64,000 bases of DNA from Lytechinus pictus. Its lineage: Eukaryota. The position numbers and the translations under genes are program-made. Each line of letters starts with the position of its first letter. The first letter of the stretch is position 1. Shown here in pieces: positions 37,801 through 47,674 of this stretch. The stretch spans positions 8,308,001 through 8,372,000 of the forward strand of contig NC_087246.1 in the NCBI RefSeq assembly GCF_037042905.1, written 5' to 3'. The notes under the pieces are model-generated. The model worked only from the letters and a program-made list of their open reading frames with translations, was not told the origin of the DNA and ran no database searches.

Positions 37801-40800
37801 CAATTCCAAGCCCATCTTCAAAGAAGCTAGCTGCTCTGTCAGTCCGGCAGTCAGGCAGTTTAGTCAGTATTCTAAGTTTAAATTCGGTTTCTCCCTGTTG
37901 AATGGGGTTTGCTAGATTCAACTCTCACATCATCACATATCACACTACATCCAAACTTTATTATTGTTGTTATTTATTACCCCCTCCCCCTTCACTTTGC
38001 ACAATTCAGTGCATCCTCCTCCATCAGCCCACCCCCTCTCTTTCTAGTAATGATGAATTTTTGTTTGAAGTTCAGCATGAGAAATATACATGAACAGTTG
38101 TGTAAACATAACAGCTTTCCTTCAAAACTTTCTCCTTTATATAGTTGAATTCTTTTAATTTTCTATATAGCTGGTGGAACAGAAACATTGGCCTACCCAC
38201 AGAACGATGGATCCTTCAATCTCCATGGTTACAAGTGGTTCTCGTCAGCCACAGACAGTGATATGACTCTAACTTTAGCAAGAATTGTAGATGATGATGG
38301 CCAATATAAAGAGGTTTGTTCTTTGCTCCTTGCATGTAATTTTGAGATTGATAACCAGTAGTTGCCATTATAGACCTGTATATTTGAGTGTTGATTATTT
38401 AAGATTTCTTGAAAAGGGTCAAAGAATTTAGGGGTCATCATCTAGCATGAGTTCAGGTCACATAATTATGGTCAAAAGTAATTTAGGATCAATTAATTTT
38501 GACCATGTTGTATCAATATCCAAAACTTAAACCAAGGTTAAGATTTTGAATTTTCAAGATAATTTTGAAAGTTGAAGTCCCTATTCCATGAAACCTACAT
38601 ATTTTATAATGGTTATCAAGTAAGACAAATACTTGAATGGTCATAAGGATGAGATAAATGAACTGGTATCAAGTTAAAAAAAAAAATTATCTAAAGTTTA
38701 TGTTGAAATATAAGTCTTTATTATATTTCATATTTAAACTTTGACGTATTTGTTAGAGGTATATAGATGAGTATAATTTCAGGTTACTTGTTTAAGGTCA
38801 AAGGTCATATCAGATGAATTAACTTGGATAAGAATTGTTATTGTGTAGATTATATCTCAAAGAATTATTTTTTCAAATTATTGAAATTCAAAGTCAGCAC
38901 TACTTGCTACATTGAATCGCATAATGAAGGCGAGGCTGCTTAGAGATTCCACGTGTTATTACTTTTGTATAATTGTTTTCTTTTGTGAAAGTATTTTCTA
39001 CTGAACAGTAGATGCAGTAAATTATCTTCTTCAAATTATGAACCAAGGCTTGCTATTCATTTAGTAAAAAACTGTAAAATTAGAAAGAACAGAACCTTAT
39101 ATAGCAAGTGTTGGATCACCATTTTTTTTCTTAAAGGAGAATGAAACTCTTGGAGCAAGTTAGCTTTTGTGAAAGCAGAAAAAACAAAGAATAAGATCAA
39201 CAAAAGTTTGAGTAAAACAGGACTAGCAATAGAAGAGTTATGAGCATTTGAATGTCGAGATCACTAATGCTATGGAGATCGTCCCATTGGCAATGCGACC
39301 AAGATCTATGATGTCACAGATGAACAACTCTCCCCTTTTGGACACTGAAAATATACCCCAAAACATCTCTTTTTGCTCATTCTAATCATATGACAAACGA
39401 TTCATCAATGATATAATGTTGTGAAACCTCTGTACTTGTCCTCTCATAAACAGAACACCTCACCTTGTGATAGACTCTATAAAAGTGAGAATATAAGTGA
39501 AATAAGTACTAAAGTAATGAGGGAGTTGTACGTGTGTGACATCACAGATCTTGGTCGCATTGCCAATGGGAGGATCTACATGGCATTAGTGATCTCAATA
39601 TTCAAATGCTCATAACTTTCTTATTATTCATTCAATCTTCCTCAAACTTTCAACAATATGTTTCTTTGATTTTTCTCTTTGATATGGATTCAGCTGGTTT
39701 CAAGGGTTTCATTCTCCTTTAAGTTTACCCTTGTACATGTACATGTATGTTGTATTCTTAAATTGCAATGACCTTTGGTAGCATTCATGTGTGCATGTGA
39801 TACAGCATTCACAGTTAGTTTGAGTTAAGCCTACTTAATTGTACAGTATATACTACACTGCTTTCCCATTATTCATCACTATAATGTGATATCACCTATT
39901 AATTTGCGTGCATAGAAAATGCATAGTACCAGTAATGGCAATTGCTTCCTACGCAGGGAAACTGTAGCATAGAGATGTTTTATGAGTCTTTGTTTCCATG
40001 ACGTCCTTCAAACATTTGTTTCATAGGGTACCAGAGGGCTATCTTTGTTTTACCTTGAAACTCATACAGCAGAAGGTAAACTGAACGGTATAGAGATACA
40101 CAAACTGAAGAACAAACTTGGCACCAGGCAACTTCCTACTGCAGAATTATTATTAGATGGGACTAAAGCACATCTTGTAAGTACACATATCATCTGTTTC
40201 ATAATGTTAAAGGACTTGAATTTGCTAGTAATTGGTTGAAAATATAAAATTATTCTCATTTTAGTTGAATTTGCCTCTTTGATGTCCAAGGGAGATATTA
40301 TTGTCGAGTTATTTGCTCATTTACACCTCATATCAACACATGTATGGTACTTTTTTGTAAACCACATTAGGAGATCAGTTTTCAGAAAAAATGGCCCATG
40401 GTTATAATATTGATTAGTATCACACATAGACATTACACCCAATTGCACACAGGTGGCGACTCTTTTTTTTTCACATGGGTGGGAATTTAAATGAAATTGT
40501 ATTCAGAAAGCACATTCTTAGTTTTAGAGTGGTTATTCTTCTGTGGAGTGAGACAATATTTTGGGGTATTATCTTGAAATAAAAGTTTGGATTATGATAA
40601 TCCTTACATTGTTGAGAGAATTTAAAAAATCATTTTCAAAATCAAGATTTCATGTAAATATTGGAACTGCGTTTGTTGTATACCAGAATGCTTCTCAGAA
40701 AGAGGCTCTGCTACAAAGTGAGAAGTGAGCTCATGGCTCACCTCACCAGCTTGAGTTATTGTAGGGGGGGGGGTTAAAATTCCGTTGCCTTAAGGATTAA

Positions 40801-43800
40801 ACACCGAGACTGGTAAGTGGCTCTAGGGGAACCATTGGATAAAGAGATTTTCAACCTCACCAGTTTTATATGCTTCCTTTGTCTGGTGTAGATAAGTTTT
40901 GAACACTGACAAGCCGCCCCACAACCAACAATTAGGCAACCAAAATGAATATTGAGATTTTTATTGAGCTTGAAAGGAACTTCTTAAACTTTAAAATGCT
41001 ATTCAATAAGCCTCATAATTATTTTATTTAATGCAGAGGATACTCAGCGTGAGCTTCAAACATAAGGAGAAAACAAGGTTTGAAGTTTAGGGATCACTGC
41101 AATCCCAGTGAAACTTCCAAGCAGTGTGAAGAAAACGGTGTCAAAGAAATCTTGTATCTTTTCTATTGTTCAACATTACAACTTATATTTTTACGGTTTG
41201 AAGTAGAAGAATTGCTTTTTCAGATTTTATAAACTAATTTCTAAATTTTCCTTTTGAAGACCAAATTACTATTTTGGCTATTAACAGAAAACCTTCCCTG
41301 GTGACTTGATGGTTTATGGGTGGCTGGTCACAATTATGCAAGTGTAAGAAATGACATGGACAACAGCTCTGGCAACAATGGTTTAGCTTTAATCAATGTT
41401 TTCTATTGCAATTTCTTTCACAACATATTTGAGTAAAAGAGTTGCCAGAGCTATTGTATATTATATGATTTCTTACATTTATGTACATGTGTATTTATTC
41501 ACTCTTGTACTTGTAATATACCGGCATGTATTCAGTGGTGCATTCATTTAATCAAGTATTTATTCCTTCATGTTTTTATACGCCCGTCCTACAGAACGTA
41601 TTATGGTAACATGCTCGGTGTCCGTACATCCGTCCGTTAACTATTCCTTGTAAACGCGATAACTTAACTTAACCTAAGCTCATATAATTTGGTGTGTATG
41701 CAGGCCTTTGTGTATCATGAAATGATTAGTGTCCTAAAAGGGATAGGAAGGGAGGGAGACCAATTTTATTTTAGATAGAGACAAACAGAAGGAGAGAGAT
41801 ACATGTACACATGTAGAGTTAAGGGGGGGGGGGGGGAGTAGGCGCTATATAAAGGTCAATATACATTTATACATATATAATATATGAGAAAATTTTTTAA
41901 ATGGGAGTGTTTATTGCAGGGAGAAAGACCATGCAATGATGAGGAAGAAGGAGAACATAAATATACTTGTAAAGGAATGGAGACAGGGAGAGGAGAAGAA
42001 AGTTGAACAAATTGACGAACGAAAAAAAGTAAGAAGAGCCACACGCTCTTTTTAATACAATTAAAATCAGCAGTAAATACTAAAATTGATTAAAAGCTGG
42101 GCATGTCTGTCACCACTCAGGTAATGAATGCCACTGTGCATAAAGCACAAGTCAAAAGAGAGACAAGGCCAAAAATAAGTGGTGATGATTCGATTAAAAT
42201 AGTGTAAATAATAGATGATTGCTGCTAGGCATGCATTCATGGCTTCCCAGACGGAATGAATGCTAATGTGAATCATAGAGCTCTTTCTTGATGAATTGAT
42301 GTCTGTGTTATGTGTTTCTCTCCTTGCTTGAATGCATGTATATGTATTGAAATGAACCATATCATCTACCAAAATTGATAAGGATGTTCTATCAATTTTG
42401 AGACATGTACTGATGTTTCATTTCCAATTTTGTAAAATATTTCCAGTTTCCATTAGATCTATCTGTACTAAGTTCACAATTTTGAAAAGCCTGTCCTAGA
42501 CGGGACTTATTATGCTATCACGCTCCGTCCATCCGTCTGTCTGTCCATCCATTAACTTTTCCTTGTAAACGCGATAACTTTAGTTTAACTTAACCTAGGG
42601 CTAAGCTCATATAATTTGGTGTGTATGATACTAGCATGGATCCCAGGAAGCCTATTGATATTGAGGTCATAAGGTCAAAGGTCAAGGTCAGAGTGACATG
42701 TTTTCATTTTACCCGTTTGCAGTCCTTGTAAATGCGATAACCTTAGTTTAACTTCAATGCAATTCCATTGATTTTGAGGTCAGAAGGTCAAAGGTGAAGT
42801 CGCCACCTTCCACTCTTCTTGCTTGACCAATATCTCCATTTTCTGCTTTACAGGCGGGCGTATTATTTGCTCGCCTTAGCGACACTCTTATTACTAATTG
42901 ATGTATATTTTTGTGTTATCATTAATTTATATGTTTATTATACATGTATGTATTATTAATGACAATGATAATAATGACAATGATATATTCACCCTGGGTA
43001 GCCACTTTAGTTCATGTCTGTATGATTTCATTGTAAGTCATGTTTTTATTCACATCATTTTTCGCTCTGCAAGAGTCTGCATAACAATTCATTGTTATCT
43101 ATTCATGTATCGATTACTACTCTGATCATTATAGGTATCTGAACCAGGATACGGTGTTTCCACTATCACTCCCATGCTGACAGCCACGCGCTACCACAAT
43201 GCATCTCATGCTGTAGGTTATATGAGAAGGTGAGATCATCAATTGGATGTTTTTTTTTTTTTTTAGGTATCCAAACCAGGGTTTGGTGTGTCTAACATCG
43301 CCACTATGCTGACCGTTAGCCGCTTCCACACTGCTATTATGGCAGTAGGTGCAATGAGAAGGCAAGTTGAATTAGTTGGGTCTTTGTTTTCCCATTGTAG
43401 GTATCTGAACCAGGGTATGGTGTAGCCTCTATCTCTCCTATGCTGACTGTTACTCGCTACACCAATGCAGCTAATGCTGTAGGTGCGATGAGAAGGCAAG
43501 TTGAAATACGACTTTCTTTCTGAACAGCCTGATTATTGCCTTATTGACCATCAAGAAAACCCAAGCCAAGGGAGTAATGTTTTGTACTGATTTTCAAATT
43601 TGATTTGGAAATAAGCAGATTTTTATTGCAATAAAATCTTTTTGTTTGCCATTTTTGGTGAGCAAATCAGAATTGACCCTTATCTTGATGAAAAAATGCT
43701 ATATTAAGGCTAAAGTTGATACATTTGAATTGATTTCATTTTCATGAAATAATTTTGATACTCATTGATATTGATAATTCCATCATAATTATCATGAAAT

Positions 43801-46800
43801 GTATTGATAATTTATGAAATTTCTAAAAATTCACTATTATAAGTTTTGAAATCTTTGAGTTGTGAATCGAAACACGGCACAATAATAAAACCACAGATGA
43901 ACATGATTAAATTTGTAAACTTCGTAAGTTGGATGTATGAATATAAAGGGCATCATGAAATTAGGCAATAATCACATTCTGCAATCATGTTATTTTAAAT
44001 TTATTACAAATAAAAGCCACTTTGTTGATACAATAAAACCATATATTGCTCATTCTTCGACAGGGTAAGCATATTAGGTATGTCATGTATTTTACATTAC
44101 CCAATCAATGGAGAAAAGGCGTGCTATATTGTGACATTACTCAATTCCGCTAGGCCATTTTCCAATTGTTTGCGTGAAATAAACAAGCAGTACAATGCAA
44201 AGTGCAATGATACTATATGATATAAAGAGCTACGTGCAAATGTCATTTCAATCAAAATTATTTTTGGTTCTCTGTTTTTTTTAACTGAAAGCATTGCTGT
44301 TGTTATGAAAAGTGGTAGTTTGTATAATAATGATATTGGATTTCTTTTGTAGTATATCAGATATATTGTATTCATCAGCATTAATATTACATTCGTCTAT
44401 GGTACGTGCAATTAATGGAAAATATGTGATAAACCACTCAAGTGCATCCACTATTATATAGGGCCTAAAGCATTCAAAAGGCCTCATGTGTTTGGATAAT
44501 TGATAATTTGAATATTACCGAAAAAACTCTACGATATTCTTTTTTTTTCTTGTATGGACCTGTAGGATGATGCTCAATGTGAGAGACTACTCGTTCAGAA
44601 GGAAAGCATTTGGGAAGTTGATTGTTGACTGGCCTCTTCATGTACAAACTATGAGCAGAATGGAGGTGAATAAACTTAATTTCATATTTAACCATTTGAT
44701 TTCTTAATTTTCCATTTCCCATCAAAGTAATCAGTGATCAAGTGTGGAAATTCTTTGTTGTAATATCTGCTATTGGCACATTGACTATTTTTCTGCCTAC
44801 TGTAAAATACAAATGATTATGAACACTTTGTTACTCTTTAGCTTGGATGTGATGAAAAGAATGTTTTAAAAAGAATATATGAATAATCATAAAACCATAA
44901 ATGCTACCGGTGAATTTGAAAACCACCTTGATGTATAAGCCACAATACTATATTTTGTACTTTTTGAGTATGTTTTATAACTCATTTTCATTGTTTTGGA
45001 TTTTTGGCGAGTGTAGCAATCACCATATGAAAAGTGGAAATGTGTTGATGTTATAATTTAAAAAGAGCAATGTTTCAGCATGAACAGTATTTATTGTCGT
45101 AATATTCATGATATTTGTTTTCCATTCACATGTACAATTAGTCATTTATGGTAGTAGCAATGTTATTGACTTATACATAACTGAAAAAAGACCATTAGAT
45201 TTGATCAATTTTATGAGAAAGACATCTTTCATAATTTCTATGTTCATTAAAGTGTAATTGTTGATTCTTGATATCTTGTTATAAAAATTCTTGATACATA
45301 TTGATATAATAATAATAGAAATCTCTATCTTTTGTAGGTGGAGACAAGAGGAGCCATAGCTCTGCTCCTGGAATGCTCCCATCTCCTTGGCAAGGAGGAG
45401 ACAAAGGAAGCATCTGAGGATGATCTTAACCTTCTCCGTCTTCTCATCCCAGTTGTCAAACTCTACACCGGCAAACAGGTTAGGTACCCATACGATAAAA
45501 TGAATATTATGTGTATATGTTTCACCTTGCATATGCCCGTGATCCAAGCTACATGCAGAAGTTATGAATTGATGCATAGGTTTGAGGTTCATGCACTGGT
45601 CATGTATTTCAGATGTTGATGGTTAAGGTCAGTCTCCAGACATAAATAATCATAGCTGATTGATTCATGACTGCAAAAACTCAATTGCACTCACATATGG
45701 AGTTTGGAATTGATAATATCCCCTTGTTATATTGTCATTGAACTTCATTGAGTTGAAAGAGATTAATATTGTTATCAAATATGTTTTTATTTCAATTATT
45801 CAATTGTGAGTTTGATGGTAGGTTAATTTTGTTCTTTGATTGAAGGCCAAGTACAAGTGAGTTGTTTACACTTGGCAGATTATGGACTGAAAAACTGAGT
45901 CCTGAGGGAAATAGTTTGTGTGAATCCGCAAAGCACATGAAAAAATGCTATTGAGCCATTGGTTTTTGCGCAACGTCATCATATCCTTTAACTCTTGATC
46001 AATTATTTTGTGCAACTTGAATTTTTACATTGAAGTTTCAGACTTCTCATGCTCATTTACATGTCCTCAGGTACCAAAGTATTGAAGGAAAACTGAATTT
46101 TATGATTATTTAATAAAAAGTATTGTAATTTATTTGCCCATGGGTAAAAGAATAAATCGTTTCACAATATCTTTTTACTATGACACAAGCCAGTAATGAA
46201 GAAGAAACTCAGAATAATATTAAAAAAAGATTTTCCATTTGTAGAACTAGGCATTTACAGAATTGGCAAATTTAGGATAAATTAAGATTACAAATCAGCT
46301 TAATGATGTATTTTTCCAGCTTTTCCAGGACTTCAGACATTATTACCTTGCTTTAGCCCATCAAACTTACTAATATCACACACACATTTCAAGGGATCAA
46401 TTCCTGCCATAAATAAATAATGTACTTTCATATTTTTGTCATTGTGGTTGGGTGCCTTCAAACAGTTAACTTTTGCTATTTGCATATTAGATAAATCTTT
46501 GGCCATATAGAAATTGCACTTCATCTTTTATTTTTATTTTGCAGGCTGTTAGCATTGCCTCTGAAGGTCTAGAGAGCATTGGTGGACAGGGTTACATAGA
46601 GGATACAGGCCTCCCAAAGATACTCAGAGATGCTCAGGTAAGTACTACCACTTGTGTGCTTATGATAAAAGTATTTAATAATGTTGGAATGTTCCACCAC
46701 TCAACTTCAGGCAATTATTCAATGTAGTGTAACACCATGCTCAACCAATATTGATTGCCCCAGAACAAAAAGTAATCATTTAGTTTGTTTTAGCATGCTT

Positions 46801-47674
46801 GCATTTCTCTAACCTGGCTTCTTCAGTTCTGTTTTGAATAATCTTGTAAATGTAAAGTCGTAATCTGATGGCCCTCAGTTTGGAATGTTTACTTGATTTC
46901 TAAAGCCTGATCTGATCACATTCAATCTGTTGCAGGTTTTGAGCATCTGGGAAGGTACTACAAACATCCTTTCCTTAGATGTACTCCGCTCTATCATCAA
47001 GAGCCAAGGCCAAACTATGGAGACATTCCTCAGACAGGTCCAAACACGCTCTGCTCCATTCATCTCTGCCTCCAACCAGGACATTCAAGCAACAGCCAAG
47101 CTCATTGGGCAGTCATGCAATAATCTGAAGAATTTCTTGATGGAAGCAGCCAATCAGGATGCAGGTTACATGGAGCTGGCTGCCAGGGACTTTGCCTACA
47201 GTATTGCAAGGACCTACACTGGGTTGCTGTTGTTGGAACATGCTACATGGGAACGAGCCAGTGTGGAAGATATCGCTGTAGCTAAAAGGTGAGATAAACA
47301 TACTCTTGAGTAGACAACTTGATGATAGATACTTATTAAGAAAGTTTACAGAGCTGAATATTTTTAACCTGACTAGATTTAGCTGAGAATTCTGAAAAGT
47401 ATATATTTGTGATATGCCACTGTGATCCAAGAAGGTGCTTGGTTTCAAAATATTTTTGACTTCATTTTGTACTAGTGTTACAGATATGGTGATGATATAG
47501 TACTTTGAATATAGATATCCGGAATAGTTATCCTCATTTTTTTAATGTGTCTGTAGGTGGTGCCAAATGGATATGTGTCCAGTTTCAACTCAGCATGCAA
47601 CAGGAACTTATTCAATGGAAGCAAGCTCGCTGGACTACAGAACAGTCATGGCAGGTTACCAACAAAAAGATTAA
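10492..47674 (+). CDS. acdh-11: Acyl-CoA dehydrogenase, AidB / C. elegans ACDH-11 type (often annotated 'ACAD family member 11-like'); whole gene, about 657 aa
   Basis: Spliced frame is consistent across exons 10492-10812, 32534-32769, 35006-35105, 37327-37450, 38171-38313, 40027-40176, [43135-43229 | 43267-43361 | 43401-43495], 44566-44665, 45338-45478, 46545-46637, 46936-47288, 47557-47674 (1974 nt). Motifs: [76 protein letters not shown] (catalytic Glu). Confidence 0.93.
10905..11357. mobile_element. MITE with CAGTAGAGGCGCACGGCCAATA TIRs and 5-bp TSD
   Basis: TIRs with repeated GGAGAC..TCTCC palindromes; TSD CAGAA on both sides. Confidence 0.8.
11419..11536. mobile_element. Palindromic mini-MITE (hAT-like CATTGGCGGCGG end)
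   Basis: Near-perfect 118-bp hairpin; no clear TSD. Confidence 0.65.
12914..13619. mobile_element. Transib-type MITE with CACAGTG termini
   Basis: 16-bp TIR CACAGTGGCAAATTGT; 5-bp TSD TATTT. Confidence 0.82.
14156..14196. repeat. (CA)n microsatellite
   Basis: Seen directly in the sequence. Confidence 0.95.
15603..17807. mobile_element. hAT MITE
   Basis: CAGGGTTG...CAACCCTG, 8-bp TSD AAAAAAAT, subterminal GTTTTAAAAC repeats. Confidence 0.78.
16192..17222. mobile_element. Degenerate piggyBac-like (TTAA CCCTA..TAGGG) MITE fragments nested in the hAT MITE
   Basis: TTAA|CCCTAAC at 16188, CCTTAATAGACTGGG at ~16537, CCCAGTCTTATTAGGG ending at 17222. Confidence 0.45.
18156..18296. mobile_element. 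Small Harbinger-type MITE
   Basis: GGGAGCATTTCAT / ATGAAATGCTTCC; 3-bp TSD CCG; related copy at ~48790-49165. Confidence 0.65.
20892..23477 (+). CDS. Sola2 DDD transposase (861 aa)
   Basis: QMDFAENY...[35 protein letters not shown] triad motifs; CLCQKHQN and CYCQSC Cys clusters; a splice acceptor immediately upstream of the ATG suggests a 5'UTR intron. Confidence 0.9.
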   Translation: MARSRAEIQAAYRQRKRQKMGENAYLQAERQRVKKYYKPVDTLTKKRVQERRTQVNRRVRKHRDRVRRVRQEMEQRRNMNIDDVGYTADDDSAISDISPDISNQLGLTIKMPFQKPRRKRVSRCLSKAHRNIEQLTLKLQAAKKDKTRLKKRCERLQNKVMTSMPTRKEVKNTPRSRTNSQLEDEGIDPSRVPSIRKRLLFSNAMMEEIQGSSNTSRKMSDRRILHQLVAGSKVLKKYRLLKLLRTETGLGRRNLSKANKHTKSTQQSRPTWTSLHLEVVEFLHRDDVSRMCPGKKDSSKGKDGTKCQKRYLTDYLSNLHERYLAETDGKRKISLSAFNRVRRTLCPHIKRVQFASRDLCLCQKHQNVALKLKALQSLGGTVNDNPDEFIKEHNEAQVDILLNNLQSEQIQFDEWSRVEVDGRKKIKIIRISQSKPDFIKRFQKEIQEFRQHVVRIKNQFRALLDCKNSLKPDECIIQMDFAENYVCVPLEEVQSAYWCQDGVTLHPIVVYFRNDGNELVHQSFAAVSDDRNHNTSTILAILTKLMPKLKELIPHLHKVHYWTDSPTSQYRNKTMFSLVSEHADIFDGIHAQWNYFESGHGKGPCDGIGGTIKRLADTAVKRRAAVIQDAYDFFAWASQERHECSGSKINFFFVAKGDCAAGSLLIAERWSSVKTFPGTMQMHAVIGHDNGVLLRKLSCYCQSCYGSREEGQVETMCEGWKHNRLLYRSTTMSTTGASVTPQSPSNTSMSENDESSPTTNEASSGTYGVDDWVAAVYDKQWYIGKVLKFDSSDIHIDFMAKCSGTHTGGKYKWPVKKDAIWVAWDKVLCHITPCFCDTSQRIVTLSPEQKALIEEAFKAVV
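24097..25901. mobile_element. Tc1/mariner-type MITE with long TIRs, inside Sola2
   Basis: TA|CAGTGCGTCCCAAAA...TTTTGGGACGCACTG|TA; about 215-bp near-perfect TIR, with further imperfect inverted homology. Confidence 0.88.
27636..29148. mobile_element. hAT MITE
   Basis: CACTGGCGTAAATCC / GGATTTACGCCAGTG; 8-bp TSD GTATAAAG. Confidence 0.85.
27743..28718. mobile_element. hAT MITE nested in the previous hAT MITE, with GCGCGAAGCGCG subrepeats
   Basis: CAGTGGCGTA / TACGCCACTG; 8-bp TSD TATGTCCA. Confidence 0.85.
29194..29429. mobile_element. CACTA-like MITE
   Basis: About 60-bp TIRs (AATAAATCCAGATCGGCTGTGAAT); TA flanks. Confidence 0.7.
31215..31370 (-). mobile_element. Solo transposon end TGTTACACCCACAAATGTAA with 7 subterminal TACATTTGTGGG units
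   Basis: Tandem 13-bp motif ending in TGTAACA; no partner end in the window. Confidence 0.55.
32534..32769 (+). CDS. acdh-11: ACAD exon 2
   Basis: CAG|GCA...; [19 protein letters not shown]; donor AG|GTAATG. Confidence 0.92.
33855..34100 (+). mobile_element. tRNA-derived SINE (sea-urchin SURF1/SINE2-like)
   Basis: GGTTCGAT B-box; core CACTCAACCCAGGTGAGGTAAATGGGTA; TTA-rich tail. Confidence 0.7.
35006..35105 (+). CDS. acdh-11: ACAD exon 3
   Basis: [33 protein letters not shown]; AG/GT bounded. Confidence 0.92.
35464..35580. mobile_element. 117-bp palindromic hAT MITE
   Basis: CAGTGGCGGACCGTGACC / GGTCACGGTCCGCTACTG; TSD GACGATGA/GACGAAGA. Confidence 0.82.
35845..36066 (+). mobile_element. 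5'-truncated SINE of the same family
   Basis: CAGCAAGAAATTTATCCACATTGTGCTGC..ACCCAGGTGAGGTGAATGGGTACC; (ATT)n tail. Confidence 0.7.
37327..37450 (+). CDS. acdh-11: ACAD exon 4
   Basis: [25 protein letters not shown]; AG/GT bounded. Confidence 0.92.
38171..38313 (+). CDS. acdh-11: ACAD exon 5
   Basis: [36 protein letters not shown]. Confidence 0.92.
39135..39718. mobile_element. Kolobok-type MITE
   Basis: TTAA|AGGAGAATGAAAC...GTTTCATTCTCCT|TTAA, plus an internal ~80-bp inverted repeat (39240-39318 / 39535-39613). Confidence 0.85.
40027..40176 (+). CDS. acdh-11: ACAD exon 6
   Basis: [11 protein letters not shown]...[24 protein letters not shown]. Confidence 0.92.
41573..42892 (+). mobile_element. 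Helentron/DINE-1-like non-autonomous elements (partial copy at 41573-41700, fuller copy at ~42490-42892)
   Basis: TTTTTATACGCCCGTC start, (GTCC/GTCT)n, GGTCAAAGGTCA core, 3' sub-TIR GGCGGGCGTAT and short stem-loop TCGCCTTAGCGA. Confidence 0.6.
43135..43229 (+). CDS. acdh-11: ACAD exon 7a (mutually exclusive)
   Basis: TAG|[31 protein letters not shown](R)|GTGAGA; 95 nt, phase 0-2. Confidence 0.85.
43267..43361 (+). CDS. acdh-11: ACAD exon 7b (mutually exclusive, GC donor)
   Basis: polyT-TAG|[31 protein letters not shown](R)|GCAAGT; 95 nt. Confidence 0.82.
43401..43495 (+). CDS. acdh-11: ACAD exon 7c (mutually exclusive, GC donor)
   Basis: TGTAG|[31 protein letters not shown](R)|GCAAGT; 95 nt. 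Confidence 0.82.
44566..44665 (+). CDS. acdh-11: ACAD exon 8
   Basis: [33 protein letters not shown]; phase 2-0. Confidence 0.9.
45338..45478 (+). CDS. acdh-11: ACAD exon 9
   Basis: VETRGA...[16 protein letters not shown]. Confidence 0.92.
46545..46637 (+). CDS. acdh-11: ACAD exon 10
   Basis: [31 protein letters not shown]. Confidence 0.92.
46936..47288 (+). CDS. acdh-11: ACAD exon 11
   Basis: [18 protein letters not shown]...[15 protein letters not shown]. Confidence 0.92.
47557..47674 (+). CDS. acdh-11: ACAD exon 12 (terminal)
   Basis: TAG|[10 protein letters not shown]...GYQQKD* in the correct phase. Confidence 0.85.

Noticed and set aside
37673-37921. 82-aa antisense ORF in ACAD intron 4 as a nested gene
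   Set aside because: No recognisable domain or splice context; more likely a decayed LINE ORF1 fragment, which cannot be confirmed by eye.
43135-43495. Triplicated exon as an assembly or haplotype artefact, or all three exons co-included
   Set aside because: The copies differ at many positions and have distinct spacers, so they are not collapsed alleles. Co-inclusion is phase-incompatible (each is 0 to 2) and read-through of the spacers breaks the frame.
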